Both the position numbers and the translations under genes were made by a program. Source: Neoechinorhynchus agilis (Eukaryota > Animalia > Acanthocephala). From it: DNA of 64,000 bases. Below are positions 12,451 through 24,838 of the stretch, piece after piece; the stretch's first letter is position 1, and each line of letters opens with the position of its first letter. Below the pieces are notes generated by a model that worked only from the letters and a program-made list of their open reading frames with translations, was not told the DNA's origin and searched no databases. Where the stretch lies: positions 16,780,784-16,844,783 of the forward strand of contig CM121341.1 of NCBI GenBank assembly GCA_051530055.1, given 5' to 3'.

Positions 12451-14303
12451 TCATGTGATTGGAGTACTCATTTTGAGTACATAGTCCGCCTTATTGCCTT
12501 CCATTGTATCATATTGTTCAATAAAAATCGACTCAGCGATAACACGAACGTATCGAATGTCGCTACGGAATAAAACATTGTCAAAGTTGATTGTGTGTAC
12601 CGTTGCATCAACATGATTGACTATCGCTGAGTTCGCATCATTTCTCCTCAGTGCATACCTATGTTCATAGATTCTGCGGCAGAGACTGTTAGTTTGTCCT
12701 ATATAGGATCTGGCACAATATCCACACGGTATGCAATAAACCACACCAGTTGGTGGGTCAGCTCTTGCAGAACCTATGACAGCATTGAGGGATTTTCCTT
12801 TTGTCGTGTATGCCACTGCCTTAATGTTTTTCCCTTATATTTTTTGACAATCTGACTATTCAGACTGTCATTCTAGGTATCACTAATAAATGGGATATTT
12901 ATGTATCGCATTTCTTCGGGCTTTTGACCAACCCTCCTTTTCCATTGACTCAGGCTCTGCATGCAGCGTGAGATGTATTTATAGGGATAGCCTCTCTTCT
13001 TAAAAAGGATTTTTAAGTAATTTATTTCCAACTTCAAATACTCATCCTCCGAGCAATATTTAAACGCCCTTCTAAATAGTGCCGTCATTCTACTTATTTT
13101 GTACTTACTGGGCTGTGCTGATGTCCAAGGTACTGGTTGATTTGGAATGTGAGGTTTCCGAGAAACCTTTGTTCTGAAATATTCATAGCGTTCAACCAGA
13201 ACATCTAAGAATGGGAGGACATGATCTTTTTCCTTGTCAGCACTCCATTGGATTGATGAGTCTTTACTGTTTAGAATGTTACACAGAAAATCTACAGATA
13301 CTGTACTGTCTACCAGGAGAAATGTGTCGTCCACATAGCGAAGCCACAATTTTATGAATGGGAAATCAGGCACGTTGATACTCTCCTAATGACGCAGGTA
13401 GATCTCAGCCAAGACTGGAGCAATCGGACTACCCATTGATACACCATTCACCTGATCAAAATGACTGTCTTCAAATTGAAAATTATTTTGCCCAGTACAG
13501 AATTCCAAAAGCCTTTTCCGGTCTTATCTGGAAAGATTCCAGAATTTATCATTATTCATAGGCAATGGGATAGCCAAATCAATGGCCTTTTTTACTGGAA
13601 TCTTAGTGAATAGAGAGGCTACATCGGCTGAGATCATTTGGTGATCTATTAATTCAGTATGGACCCTAAGGGGCTCAATAAGTTCATGACCAGACGTAAC
13701 CACCTTATCACTGTATGGCATAAGTTCTTTCAAGATATTCGCTATACACCGCGACACCGAAGTCGCATAGGTTGAGTGTGCAGCTATTATAGGTCTTATA
13801 ATTTGACGGGATCTTTGTGTACCTTGGCTAGAAAGTACATTTTGGCGTATGAGCATCAACTGATCTGTGGGCTTTATAAAGAGTTTCACTTATTTTATCT
13901 CGTTTTTTGAGAGAAAGGAGGAACGCGTTAAAGGTATTTTCCCGTTTTTTGTTGGACAATTTGTCAACCTCTTAAATTCTGGTCCTAGAAGTATTTCATT
14001 TGTAAGGGATTTATAATGATTTTCGTTAAGGACACAAAATCCATGACCTCTATCTGTTTTTAGTATTTTTATACCTTTGATATTTTTAAGTAATTCTATC
14101 CCATGCCGCATTCTGGTTGGCATATTCGAGTTGCACTGAAATCGTGAGTTATAATACGACTTTTCAACCCTCCATTTTTCGAGCGATATCGCCGCAATTT
14201 TGTTGATTGCAATCCAACAACCATCGGTGGCATCTCTACCGGCAAGCATTTCCATATTTCTCAACGACTCAAACATTTCGATGGTTGAATGGATGATCAT
14301 CAC
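12451..14303 (-). mobile_element. Penelope-like retroelement, near full length but disrupted (RT plus GIY-YIG)
   Basis: RPIIAA, SADVASLFTKIP, GVSMGSPIAPVLA, WLRYVDDTF and LPFLDVLV RT motifs, then GVVYCIPCGYC..SYIGQT...EH...ES GIY-YIG; split by stops and frameshifts. Confidence 0.93.
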
Positions 14304-14454
14304 GGACCGATGGCTATCCGATTACTTACTAAACATTTTCGATCTCATACGTCGTCTGAACTAAGCAAAATAAAAGTTTAAACGGGTTTTTCAATTATAT
14401 TCTATTTAATGATGTATAATGTTGAAGAGGTTAATGGATGTTTCGTTTAATCAT

Positions 14455-15035
14455 TTACACCACCGCTCTGGATCACTCAGCTGCCGTATTGGTGTAACGG
14501 TCGAAAGGACGAATGCAGCGTTCCCCCATTGCACACCGGCTCGAGTCGAGCGGAAAACCCGGCCGTTGAGGCGACTTCCTTAATTATGCGGTTGACTGCT
14601 GAGTGCTGTGCGTGGCGAGTATTTGAACGCTTGCAGTCAAGGCCGTGAGTTCCCGACCTATTCACTGTCCCACCGCACCGGCATGTATATGAGCCTGAAA
14701 AATCGATGCCCAACCGAAGTCCCACAGCGACGGTGATGGCTTGGTCATCCAGCCTCGTGCCAACAACCGTGATCGGGAAAGCCTTCAAGAAGTCGCTGGA
14801 GTGTGGAGCCGAGACTGCCAGGAGACGAGCTCTTTCGGTGGGAGATGAGCATGAGTTAAGAAGCTGCTGATAATACGCAGTGTGGAGCAAGGCAGTCCAA
14901 CGTTTTTGGGAGTTTGTTTCCGTTGGAACTACCAGTCCGAACACTGACGTCCATTGAGCGTGCGCTTCAATCAGTCCAGCTGGTGGATACGACTCAAATC
15001 GAGTCTGTGGTGGGATGATTCTCAGCACCATGTCT
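14455..15035 (-). mobile_element. CRE-clade element fragment, internally deleted
   Basis: RARLLAVSAPHS...AVGLRLG...CRCG...GTHGLDC (CCHC) joined to a 3-prime end matching 11765-11850. Confidence 0.88.
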
Positions 15036-15752
15036 GAAGAGGCCGAAGTCGAAGGAGACTGTATTATTGTTCTTCATTTTGCCCATTTTAATTTATGGCT
15101 TTCAAGGACGCCGAAATTACAAAGACTAAATTATTAAAATCTTAATCCATTGAAATGGAGTTAATTTTTTAGGCACCTTTTCTTCCCTAAGCGTTCTTTG
15201 TGAAATGTTTTTAATGGGAAAGCTTTCGCCTTATTTTCTTTTAATGTGAGGGATGGTGGCGGATGCGAATCTCCTGTTTATTCCTTCGCTGAACCGCATA
15301 AAAACACAGCAACCAAAATAATATTTGTAAGGTTTGCAAGATTTCTTTGAAGATTAGAAAAAATTGCGCTAAAAATGAAATTGCGAATTTAGAAATTATC
15401 CAAAGCTTAGTTCTTAGTTTACTTTAATTACTTCGAAAATAAGTCTGAAACAGTTTAAAATAAATTTCGCTTTTTTGAGATCTTGCTTTTTACGTATTTA
15501 AAATTGCAGAAAAATTCTGAACCGGTCATTTTATGTTAGGACCGAAACTTTTCTTGTTTACAGAATTGATTTATTATAGTGCCGATCAAACATGGAAATG
15601 TTGGTCTCAAATCTTTAATGACGTTTTTCCAAACATTTAACTGGTTTAAATTGAAAAGGAATCCTAAAAACCGATAAATATTTGCAAAGATTGCCTTAGC
15701 AACGAGAAAAATCGAATGCTTACCAATTCGAGGTTTACAGAGAATCGACTGC

Positions 15753-16748
15753 ATGGGTCCGTTTTCGCTGACATTCACAATCGTCAAAAAGAGTTCATTT
15801 TACGATCGCCCATCAATGGAAAGGGACCGTACGGTCATTAGCGATCTGAAACCAAGTTTATGCACAGATTTCATCAATAAAGACGAAATCGACGACCACG
15901 TAATTCTTGAACATTCGTCTTCGTCGCCTTCTTCATCGCGGTCTTCTGATTCGATTTCCCAAATAATAGACAGCGTAATTGCTTTACCGTTTGTTAGTCA
16001 AGAGAAAGATTTGACAAAGAAAACCGATAAGATTAATTTGATTGACGTTGAACAATTTATTGAACGAAGCACTCAGACTTTGGATCTCGAAAGTTCAGTT
16101 GCTTTCACCAATGAACTCATGAAGATAAGCGTTGAAAATGTAGACAGTGAGTCCTCTGAAAAAGTACAACCAGCTCAGTTGACTTCAGAACATTTATCGA
16201 AACTCAATCTTTCTGAAGAATGTATAAAGAGTATGGCAACGTACAAACCGATCCAGGATTTATCTAATAAAGGTCAGATCGATCCTTCAGTTGAATCAAC
16301 GAACAAAGGAGGACAAATTTATCGTATTCACAATCTTGATTTGGCGAGCGCAGCAAAAGAACATCCAAAACCAACAAAACTCTCTAAGCCAACAAGAAAA
16401 TCTCCGTATGTAAAAAGATTGTACAGTTCTCTTGATAAACAATCGTCGTCAATGATGCTTCGAAGTCCAAAATACAGACGATTGATGGAAAGGAGCCTGT
16501 TGGATCAACACTTGACCGATATTCCGGGAGTTGGCCGCTCGACGATTAAACGACTGAATGATAAAGGAATTTTAACACCAAACGACTTTTTGAAGATCTA
16601 TCAGGATATTGAGAGGGGAGGTGGCTGTGCCAAAACTTTCGCCGCTTATTTGCAGAAGGAGTTTCGTTTCCAAGAAAGATTTGCACTTGAGAGCGCTGCA
16701 GCCATAAGGGATAATTTCTGCAAGTTTCTTATTAAGGATTTAAGTTAA
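15753..16748 (+). CDS. 331-aa intronless protein with a C-terminal barrier-to-autointegration factor (BAF)-like domain (~16460-16745)
   Basis: C-terminus SPKYRRLMERSLLDQHLTDIPGVGRSTIKRLNDKG...F..YL...AIRDNFCKFL aligns by eye with BAF SQKHRDFVAEPMGEKPV..LAGIG...KKLEERG...F.EWL...LREWCDAFL. The N-terminal ~235 aa is Ser/acidic/Lys low complexity. Confidence 0.75.
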   Translation: MGPFSLTFTIVKKSSFYDRPSMERDRTVISDLKPSLCTDFINKDEIDDHVILEHSSSSPSSSRSSDSISQIIDSVIALPFVSQEKDLTKKTDKINLIDVEQFIERSTQTLDLESSVAFTNELMKISVENVDSESSEKVQPAQLTSEHLSKLNLSEECIKSMATYKPIQDLSNKGQIDPSVESTNKGGQIYRIHNLDLASAAKEHPKPTKLSKPTRKSPYVKRLYSSLDKQSSSMMLRSPKYRRLMERSLLDQHLTDIPGVGRSTIKRLNDKGILTPNDFLKIYQDIERGGGCAKTFAAYLQKEFRFQERFALESAAAIRDNFCKFLIKDLS

Positions 16749-18389
16749 ATGTTTTTGAATAAAATAGGATCTATTTTCCTGGTTGACAAGAGGCTTGCCA
16801 TTATGATTTGGGTCGAAACCATTTAAATAAAGTGTATTCTGGAGAGTAAAATTGTCGATTGGTCAACTGTTTTTCGTTAGATATTTGATTAATATCCTTC
16901 CCTCCAGCTTTACGATATAAGATGTTCAAATTAGATATCCAACAGACTATTAAATTTATTATTTGAACAATATTATTAACCTAACGATATTGCGTAAAGG
17001 AAAAGGGACTTCAGTAATGATTTAAGCAAATGAATTTCAGTGTGAGTTGTCTGAAACACGAACTTGGTCTCTAGTCATTTGATTTGAGAATACATTATCC
17101 GGTAACTGCGGAAGGTTTTCGTCTATACTTTGATCAAGTGCTCCAAATTAGTTTCTTCACCAGAATATCCTGAATTCCATACCTTTTCAGCGTTCAATTC
17201 AGTTAAATAAACCGGCCGATTTTCAGAATGAGTAACATTAAGAAATAACATTTTGTTACGTTGTCAGCTGATTTTTTCCCGCATATATTTCTTTTTATTG
17301 ATGTGAATTGTTTCAGCACTTTCCGCGGCCGGGGAAATGTTGTTTTACATCAGAGAAGTGATATAACCACTTAAACTCTGATGAACCGTGAAGAGTTCTC
17401 GTAAGAAAGTTTAAATTTAATAAGATATGTTCAAAGGGGAACTTTTCGTTAAATTTTGAGCTTTTTAGAAATTAATAGTTTTTAATTCAGCCGCGGAACA
17501 TCTCACAAGTTGAAAAAACGCGCGACTTAGTTGTTCAATTTATTTGTTTTATTCCATTTGTCTATTGAGATTATAAATCTAGGTTCTATATTATCGGATA
17601 AGTTACTTTAAACAAAAACTATTTCGTTTGAAGTATCAAACACCGTTTAATGATCTTCGAAGATTACCACTGAAGCCTTTTAAAAAGATTGACGCCGATA
17701 ACGATTTTTTCAATCGACAAAAATTAAACGAACTAGTCTCTATAGGTGATTGTCGTGAGCTTCCCATATTGTTAGCTGAGCAAAACCATTTTAAATAGAA
17801 TATTTTCAAATAGCGATTATTTGTGTTACACAATTCAATTCGCATTCTACCTTGGATTAATGCATGCGAGTATTTTTGTACATTTAGCCGTGATACCAGA
17901 AACATTTGGAACTCTTGGGCAATCTCCGGCCTAATTTTTATGGTTCAACACGAAGATTACGCGAATAATTTGGCAAATTGTCTCTGTTGCGTAAAGTTTA
18001 AGACAACGCTTATAAAAGCTTAGGTCTTAGTTCACCGAATAGAATCCTACTTTTGCATAATTATAGATTTCTAGGTACAGGAAAAAAGGATGATTAAGCA
18101 ACCTTTTTTCGATTAAATGTATCCAAAACTCTAAGGGTTATTGCAATCACGGGTACTGAGCATTTCTTAAGCGATTTTAATCACTGTAAACACGGATAAA
18201 TCATTGGGTTTTCGCAGACGAATAAAATCCCTATTTTCTTGCTTACATGACTGTATGATACAAATCCCATTAAAAATGGTTAATATATGAAGAGAAAAAT
18301 GTTCAAAGAAAGCGGTGTCCTTTTAAAATTATAGCTTTATAATTTTTGTTCAATTAAAAAACAATAGAACGTTTATTTGTTAGTTCTGA

Positions 18390-18480
18390 TACAATCACCA
18401 CCGTCCACAAAATTGGAGCTTCTCTCCTTCCTCGGCTTTTGCTATCACGCTAGCAGCATTCCCTCGTTGTACTGCACAAT
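18390..18480 (-). mobile_element. CRE-clade 3-prime tip
   Basis: Encodes AVQRGNAASV and ends in GGACGGTGGTGATTGT. Confidence 0.7.
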
Positions 18481-18609
18481 TAAAGTGTAGAAATGAGAAA
18501 ACATTTTTACATTTGAAATTGATAAATAAAAGTTAAATTCGTCATTGTCTCGTTGGTGAAGTTTAATTTTCAAGTTTATTTCTAAGAAAAGCAGCCAGCA
18601 CTCAAGCGA

Positions 18610-19011
18610 TCAAATAGTGTTATGAACGATTAGTCGAAAGAAATCGTTGACGACGTACCACCGACCATCAGGTGTACATTTAAGTAGAAAAGATTGAGCG
18701 AAATCCAGGGGCAGATCATTATCCGCTTTCAGCCTTCCTGTGACCATTATGAAAATACCCGACTCGAGAGTACTGCTGATATCGCAACTGGTGATGCTAT
18801 GACTGACCGTTTTGAACGTAAACGTTTTGATTTTATTAAGAATGGCGTCTTGACCCCGACAAATCGTGCCTTCAAATGAAAGCTGAGACGATTCATTATC
18901 AGGAACGTAGAGTTGCAAAAGATTCTCTCTGTTTGGACCGTCGAATATTGAATAGTAACTCTGAACAAAGCTTTTTCCGAGATTGTTGATTTCTTCGTCC
19001 CTCGAAGTCAT
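18610..19011 (-). CDS. NUTF2: Nuclear transport factor 2, intronless
   Basis: LGKSFVQSYYSIFD..RENL..LY...S.LSFEG...G...I..K...VTGRLKAD.D.PL.F.Q.F.L...NDFFRL. Confidence 0.95.
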   Translation of the reverse strand: MTSRDEEINNLGKSFVQSYYSIFDGPNRENLLQLYVPDNESSQLSFEGTICRGQDAILNKIKTFTFKTVSHSITSCDISSTLESGIFIMVTGRLKADNDLPLDFAQSFLLKCTPDGRWYVVNDFFRLIVHNTI

Positions 19012-19529
19012 CCGAGATTATACTAGCAGCAGTTTTGAGTTTGCACGTGAAATCGTGTATATGTCGTCGCACAGCAGCAGCCAGGAAACGAAAGAAGCGA
19101 CTAAGCGCGAAGAAACGACGACTCGGATTTGAAATCGCAAGGGCGTTCAAGTTTCCTTACTCAATGAAAAATTGTAAACAATAATCTTAAGACGTTCGAA
19201 TACCTTCTAAACAAGTGTTGATGCGTAAATAGAGGTACCGGGTTAAATGATTAGAATTATTGTCTGGAAGATGAACTCGACGACGTAAATTCTTTACCGA
19301 ATGAAGACTTCTGAATAACACTTCTTAGAAAAAGCATCGGTCGTGACGAAATCACGAATCTTTTCTATGCAGAGTAGAACGGCATATGATCGAAAAATTA
19401 TTATTCTGAACTTTCGAATATTTAAAATAATTATAACAATTTTTTAAAGATTGAATTATTCATGTTTTCGTATAGGGAAAAATGAAGTAATTTATTAGGT
19501 CCGATATTTCGGAGACATAATCTCATGTT

Positions 19530-19710
19530 TTGGTCGAACTCGGTGTCGAAACACTCAAGTCGTTTGGTACCGCGACGCAGGACCTCGTAAAGCAATTGTC
19601 CAAGCGATTGAGACGAATCACTGGCGATCCGAGATCAGGAGCCGTCCTCTCGATCGTTACACCAGGACGGCAGCTGAGTGATCCAAAAAGGCGGTGGTGT
19701 GAATGATTTC
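19530..19710 (+). mobile_element. CRE-clade 3-prime fragment with internal deletion
   Basis: Close match to 11635-11850 lacking the middle; ends GCGGTGGTGTGAATG. Confidence 0.8.
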
Positions 19711-20609
19711 TGCTCCGAGAATAACGCACACGTTTCCGAAAAAAATGGGGAGCGAATTTTTTTATCAAGGTTTTTTTTGGTGTAGATACTCAAGGGATCA
19801 CGCAATTGCTTTTTATTGCAATTATCAATTTTCGCTCACGAGCTCTCGCCGCGAAAAACAGCTTCTTAATTTTCTCTCTTGTATCGAAACAATTTACAGT
19901 GACAACCTTGAAGAAATGTCGAAATTATTGGACGTAAAATATCGGAAATAAATTGGTGAATTTAAATCCGGAGACGCAAGACTATTAAAAGAAAATAATT
20001 ATTGACTGTTTTTATACTAGAATGCATAAAATGTCATAAGGAAACTCATGGAATCGCCTCATACTTTGCAAAGCGAATGAAATTAGTTAAGCACTTGAAA
20101 TTTTAATTATTTTCGTTTTTAAATAAGCAAAATTCGGAAATTTTTCAACCATTCTGCTCATTTTTCACGCAGAACGTCCTATTATATTCTGGATTTCGAC
20201 GACTTGTGGTTGTATTTTAAATCTAATAATTTGAAATCGTAAAAGATATTTCGGTTTGTTTTGTGACTTATCCAAAATAGTAATTTTGTTGCAAAGAAGT
20301 TGTCTGTGGATATATTTTGTTTTGTGATTGAGAAAATGGAGATTAATTTTATTAATTCAATATTTCGTCCATCTTGTCGGACTTGAAACAAAATAAATAG
20401 TGACTTTATGGTTGAAGAGCAATCATGGACTCAATATATAACAATTTTTTATTTAAAAATCGCAATGAGATTGATATTTAAATTTCTGCCAACCGATTTC
20501 TTTAAGATTCCAACGCATCATGAACTTTACTTTCTAAAGCACAATTTTTGTGCTGGATTATTATCTGTGATCTTCGTATAAATTATCAGAAACAAATGAC
20601 TCTTTATAG

Positions 20610-21596
20610 ATGTCAAAATCAAAATTAACTCAATTTCTTCAAGACCAACAAATCAATCGATCATTCTTCGATTGGTTTCCAGGTCACATGCGCGAAGCAA
20701 TGAGGAACATGCGTTCCCTTTTAGCTGGAATCGATTGTGTCATTGAACTACATGACGCTCGAATACCTCTGACTGGTCGCAATCCAAACCTGAGCAAGGA
20801 ACTCAACCATCGAGAGTGCTCACATTTATTACTTTTGAACAAATGTGATCTCGCACCTCAGAGAAAAATGAAATCGAATATTATAATGACTAGTCTTAAA
20901 CAGAATCCAAAAAAGAATTACATGCGCATCCGAGATTGGATCGTCCAGAATGTTGTACCTCGTCGATCCGCAGATATTTGGAACGGCATAAATGTGTTAG
21001 TTGTAGGAATTCCAAACGTTGGTAAATCTACACTTTTGAATATTTTACGAGAGCAGGCAATAAGGACTGGAAATATGGACCATGAGTCTCTGAAGAAACG
21101 GAGACAAGTTTGTGCTGTTGGGTTCCAGCCAGGAGTTACGCGTTCAGTAATGAATCGTATTAGGATTTCTACGAATCCTCTAATATACGCCATTGATACT
21201 CCTGGAATTTTACCTCCGTCTTCGAGTGAGACTAACGATGTAGATTGGCTCAGAGCTTCGTGTATATCCTGAACCGGTGAGTATCTCTTTCTTTAGGGCT
21301 GATGGAGAAACTCAGCGCAAAAACTGGTGCTTACTAATACAAGTCGCCCTCAAGGTCGCATAGCTCATGATATAACCACGGAGTTTTTGTTTCATTACAT
21401 GAGTGAATATGGATACACCGAGTTGTTTAATCAGAGATATGGAGTGAAGAAATCTATTCAAATGTTTCATGAGTTCATGTTGGTGATCGCAGGTAATGTT
21501 GACCAAATGGCGAATGCTGAACGAAGGTTTCTTAATGATGCTCAGACAGGTGCGATTGGGAGAATTTGTTTTGATGACGACATAATTCAAAACTAA
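20610..21596 (+). CDS. MTG1: Mitochondrial ribosome-associated GTPase 1 (RbgA/YlqF family), two exons
   Basis: WFPGHM, DARIPLTGRNP, NKCD (G4), GIPNVGKS (G1), PGVTR (G2), DTPG (G3); second exon 21316-21596. Exact donor is uncertain. Confidence 0.9.
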
Positions 21597-21658
21597 CTTT
21601 CAACCCGATTTTTTAATAAAAAGGCTAAGAAACTTAACTTTCAAGACGCACAAACCAT

Positions 21659-22174
21659 TTATTGGCAAAAGATCTGACTGAGTGGATCCTTTAAATATTC
21701 CTTCAGAGCGACCGCCTAAACACAATTAATTAGCTTCCTCTCCGGCCTGCTACCTTTCTTTTCACGATCCCAATCGGTGCCATATCGTCTGCACAAAGAC
21801 ATAGAAGGACACTTGGGTTAACTTTTGTCATGAACAGTTGGCCGTACTTTTCAGAAACGAAGAAATAAATGGTTTTGGAAATAATCAACCTTACATCGCA
21901 TCCAACTATCATGAACTCAAGATCTTGATTAAGAAACGAGCCTCCATTTCTAGAACTTGACTCCCATGAGTTGCTTGCAATTGCGGCCACTAATTTCGCT
22001 TCATTTTCACTTTCTCCTGCATACGCCAAAATGGATCCTTCTTCGTTTATTAATCTAGGCGATTTTTAAGATCGTCAGAAACATAACCCAAATGTTAAAA
22101 ATTTACATTGTAGATTTGATGTGCGAAGTGTTTGTTCTTTCAAGAGTTGCCGTCAAGGCTCTTTGACTGAACAT
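21659..22174 (-). CDS. LAMTOR2: Ragulator complex protein LAMTOR2 (roadblock/LC7), four exons
   Basis: Spliced MFSQRALTATLERTNTSHIKSTILINEEGSILAYAG...AAIASN.W...RNG...LLCL...GIVKRKAVALKEYLKDPLSQI. Introns 22106-22055, 21894-21847 and 21753-21716, all GT-AG. Confidence 0.93.
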
Positions 22175-23050
22175 TTTACACGGGTGGGTGAAATGTCTGA
22201 AATGATAGAAAGAAGTACTCAAGTTATCAATAAAGTCTAAAAATCGAAACCATAAGAGGGATTTATGAGAGACATTTGGGATTATTGTTGAACGACATTT
22301 ATCCTTTTCATTACCTTTTGTTCAGTTTTAAGAATTAGCATCCCTCCGTACTTCAAAGTAGTATGTCAAAATCGTAGTTGTCAAAGATTAAGATGCCCAC
22401 ATTGATCGTTTGTTTGACTTAGAACCATGTTTCGATAAGAACCATTTGGCCAACTCGAATACAAAAACACTATTGGTTCAAAACAAATATTCTGACGAAT
22501 GCAAAAGCTATGATGATTTTTTATTTCAAAAAATTGGTACAAATGCGGTAAAATACAATGTTTCTTATTACAGCACGAGAGCCTTTCCCTTAAGACCGTC
22601 GAAATGGTCATCTAAGTGTTCGATGCTTGGAGTTTTCTGTCGCCGAGCTATCAGAACCGAAATAAAGCCGAAGATCCCGCTAATGATGGCGAAACGGCCA
22701 CCTTTCAAGACAAAATCTCTCTGAAATCGGATATTTGGTTAAAGGACACCAGGACTTACTCCACAGAATTTGTCTTAAAATTGTGAATGTGGAGATATGG
22801 GATTTAGCGGTGCAACGCTGGATACCAAGTAAGATTATTGTTGGTTAGAAATATTCTACGCAGTTGTTTTACTCTCATCTTGCTCGATTGAGAGTACAAG
22901 CTTAAAGAGCGAGCGTGTTGGTTTCTTAGTCTTCTCATACTGCCTTTCCGATTTCTCGCTTTCAAACCTAATGTTTTCGCAAATAGCACTAATTAGAACA
23001 AGCGTATAAACTGCGATGCAATTCGTAATAAATTACTGATAGGTTTTTAA

Positions 23051-23240
23051 TTGGTTGTTTTATGGCGTAGAAAAATTAGAATGATTTTATTTTAAAATCC
23101 GATTGGTTTCGGCGAGGTAAGGTTGGGAAAAACAGCTTTATAACTTTCAATTTGATCTCGAAACAATTTACAACCTTGTGATAAACACTCGAATTTCTGA
23201 AAATAAAATCATTTAAATTTTTTACGCCAAAAAACAACCA
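23051..23240. repeat. MITE-like element with terminal inverted repeats (TGGTTGTTTTATGGCGTA ... TACGCCAAAAAACAACCA)
   Basis: Terminal inverted repeats are visible; related sequences at ~24554, ~60271 and internal fragments at ~3810 and ~19850. Confidence 0.6.
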
Positions 23241-23291
23241 CATTGCAAATATGATTTTTTCCTACATCACAGCAATTTAAAGATCTCGAAG

Positions 23292-23813
23292 CTATACTAA
23301 AAGATTAAACTCGAAAAATTTAATACGTATTTTTGATAAACTAAAACAAATCAGATAGATCATCGTCGACATCGTTAAAAAAATATCCTGTTAACTATTT
23401 ATGTACAAATAAAATGGAATAAAAGGCCGGAATACTCGCCTTCCCGAATTCTTTATCCATTTGTTTAGCTAATCCAATTGCTATATGACACATTCCTTGC
23501 TCTTCCAAGTTAATCTTGCTAATGATTGCTTTAATCCGCGTGGTGTCTTTATTCCCAAACGAAGGTGACTCCATCAACTTTAAGTAGAACGCTTTCTACG
23601 CACTTATAAAATGTAGAATTTTTTTATAACTTTACTAACCCTCGCCTCAATCTTCTTTAGTTTTTGTATTCCATGCTGTCTCCCATATTGATAAATTATT
23701 TGAGTTGAACGTAAACTTCCTCTGTCATGGGCTTCTCGAAGGGACCTTTAAAACTTTTTTTCTCTTTTAGACGACAAAAAATACTTCTCAAGCTCAATGG
23801 CAGAATCATTCAT
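23292..23813 (-). CDS. Putative small spliced gene, weakly dynein light chain LC8-like
   Basis: ATG 23813 with 39- and 43-nt GT-AG introns gives an open frame ending IAIGLAKQMDKEFGK (cf. LC8-family IKKEFDKKY / MDKKFG). The last exon YLICFSLSKIRIKFF would need a GC donor. Weak similarity. Confidence 0.4.
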
Positions 23814-24357
23814 TTCTGGAAATGATAAATCAATTAATTTAGAAAAATGAATTCGGCGATTGAGAATTACTCGTAAAAAACGTTTTGTATGCTAAAAATC
23901 TTGATTTTAACGCACACGATTATTGAAGATAAAATTTTATAGAAAAAACGAAACCCGATCCGGAATGTTTTAGTTTTTAAGATTGTGAACGAACAAATAA
24001 TCTCGTCCAAATGAAATTAATTCGCAATTGAAGACATCTTTGTTAATCTTCGTCTTTAACGCGATCTCTCTCGTGTTTCGAGGAGGATCAAGCGCAAAAT
24101 AATAACCCGAATGCAGTTTCCAAAAATTTAGCTAAAAATCGACCGGAACAATAAGTCACATTTTTAGCATTCTTTTAATGTATTACGCATTGCTGAGAAA
24201 TTTACTTCATTGATCACGAAAGAAATGTAAGATTTATTTTTATTTTCTATCGTTTTCCCATTTTGTGTTTAATCCCTGAGAAAGTATTATGTATTTTTTT
24301 GAGATAAGAAAAGTAGATATTGATTTTCTTTTTATAGCGAATTATAGTAATTGATTG

Positions 24358-24402
24358 ATTTGATAATTTTCGGCCTCCGCGTAGGCCTTCTTCAGTCTAT
24401 CG
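24358..24402 (-). ncRNA. Minimal hammerhead ribozyme motif inside a ~48-bp-arm inverted repeat (~24330-24450)
   Basis: Minus strand GATAGA-CTGAAGA-A-GGCCT-ACGCGG-AGGCC-GAAA-AT-T-A-TCAAA; self-complementary AATT stem III. Confidence 0.7.
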
Positions 24403-24553
24403 TTTGCAAGGCCGAAAATTATCAAATCAATTATTATAATTTGCTATAAAAAGTAAATGATGAACGTCTTTACAAGATATTGATTTATTTCGTCTCGTCG
24501 GACTTATTTAGGTCTAATCAATCTCTTTTTTGTCTCCAAAAAAATACATATTT

Positions 24554-24656
24554 TTGTTTATGGCGGTGAAAAATTAAAAGAATTTATTGCCGCAACCTTG
24601 TGATAAACGCTACAAGATTGTGCCTCCGAAAGATCGGAATCACCGCCATAAACAAA
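24554..24656. repeat. Short MITE-like element, same family as 23051-23240
   Basis: TTGTTTATGGCGGTGA ... TCACCGCCATAAACAA inverted ends. Confidence 0.6.
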
Positions 24657-24838
24657 GCATGAATAATTCAATCTTCAAATACGTATGAAGAACTTTACAA
24701 GAAAGATCATGCGGTCGTTAGGCCAATCCACGAAATTATTCCAGGACTGTCTTCTGGTCGCCAGTGGATTTTGGCGATTGGGTCCGATGAGTCCATGACA
24801 TTACGGCGTCCAGGTAATTATATTGGAACCGACTTTAG

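Noticed and set aside
21226-21315. In-frame TGA (21270-21272) in MTG1 as readthrough or selenocysteine
   Set aside because: The strongest donor (21277) would retain the stop, but in-phase donors at 21226 and 21262 remove it; ordinary splicing is sufficient.
22410-22989. Short ORFs between LAMTOR2 and the MITE as a gene
   Set aside because: No consistent start, splice model or homology could be established on either strand.
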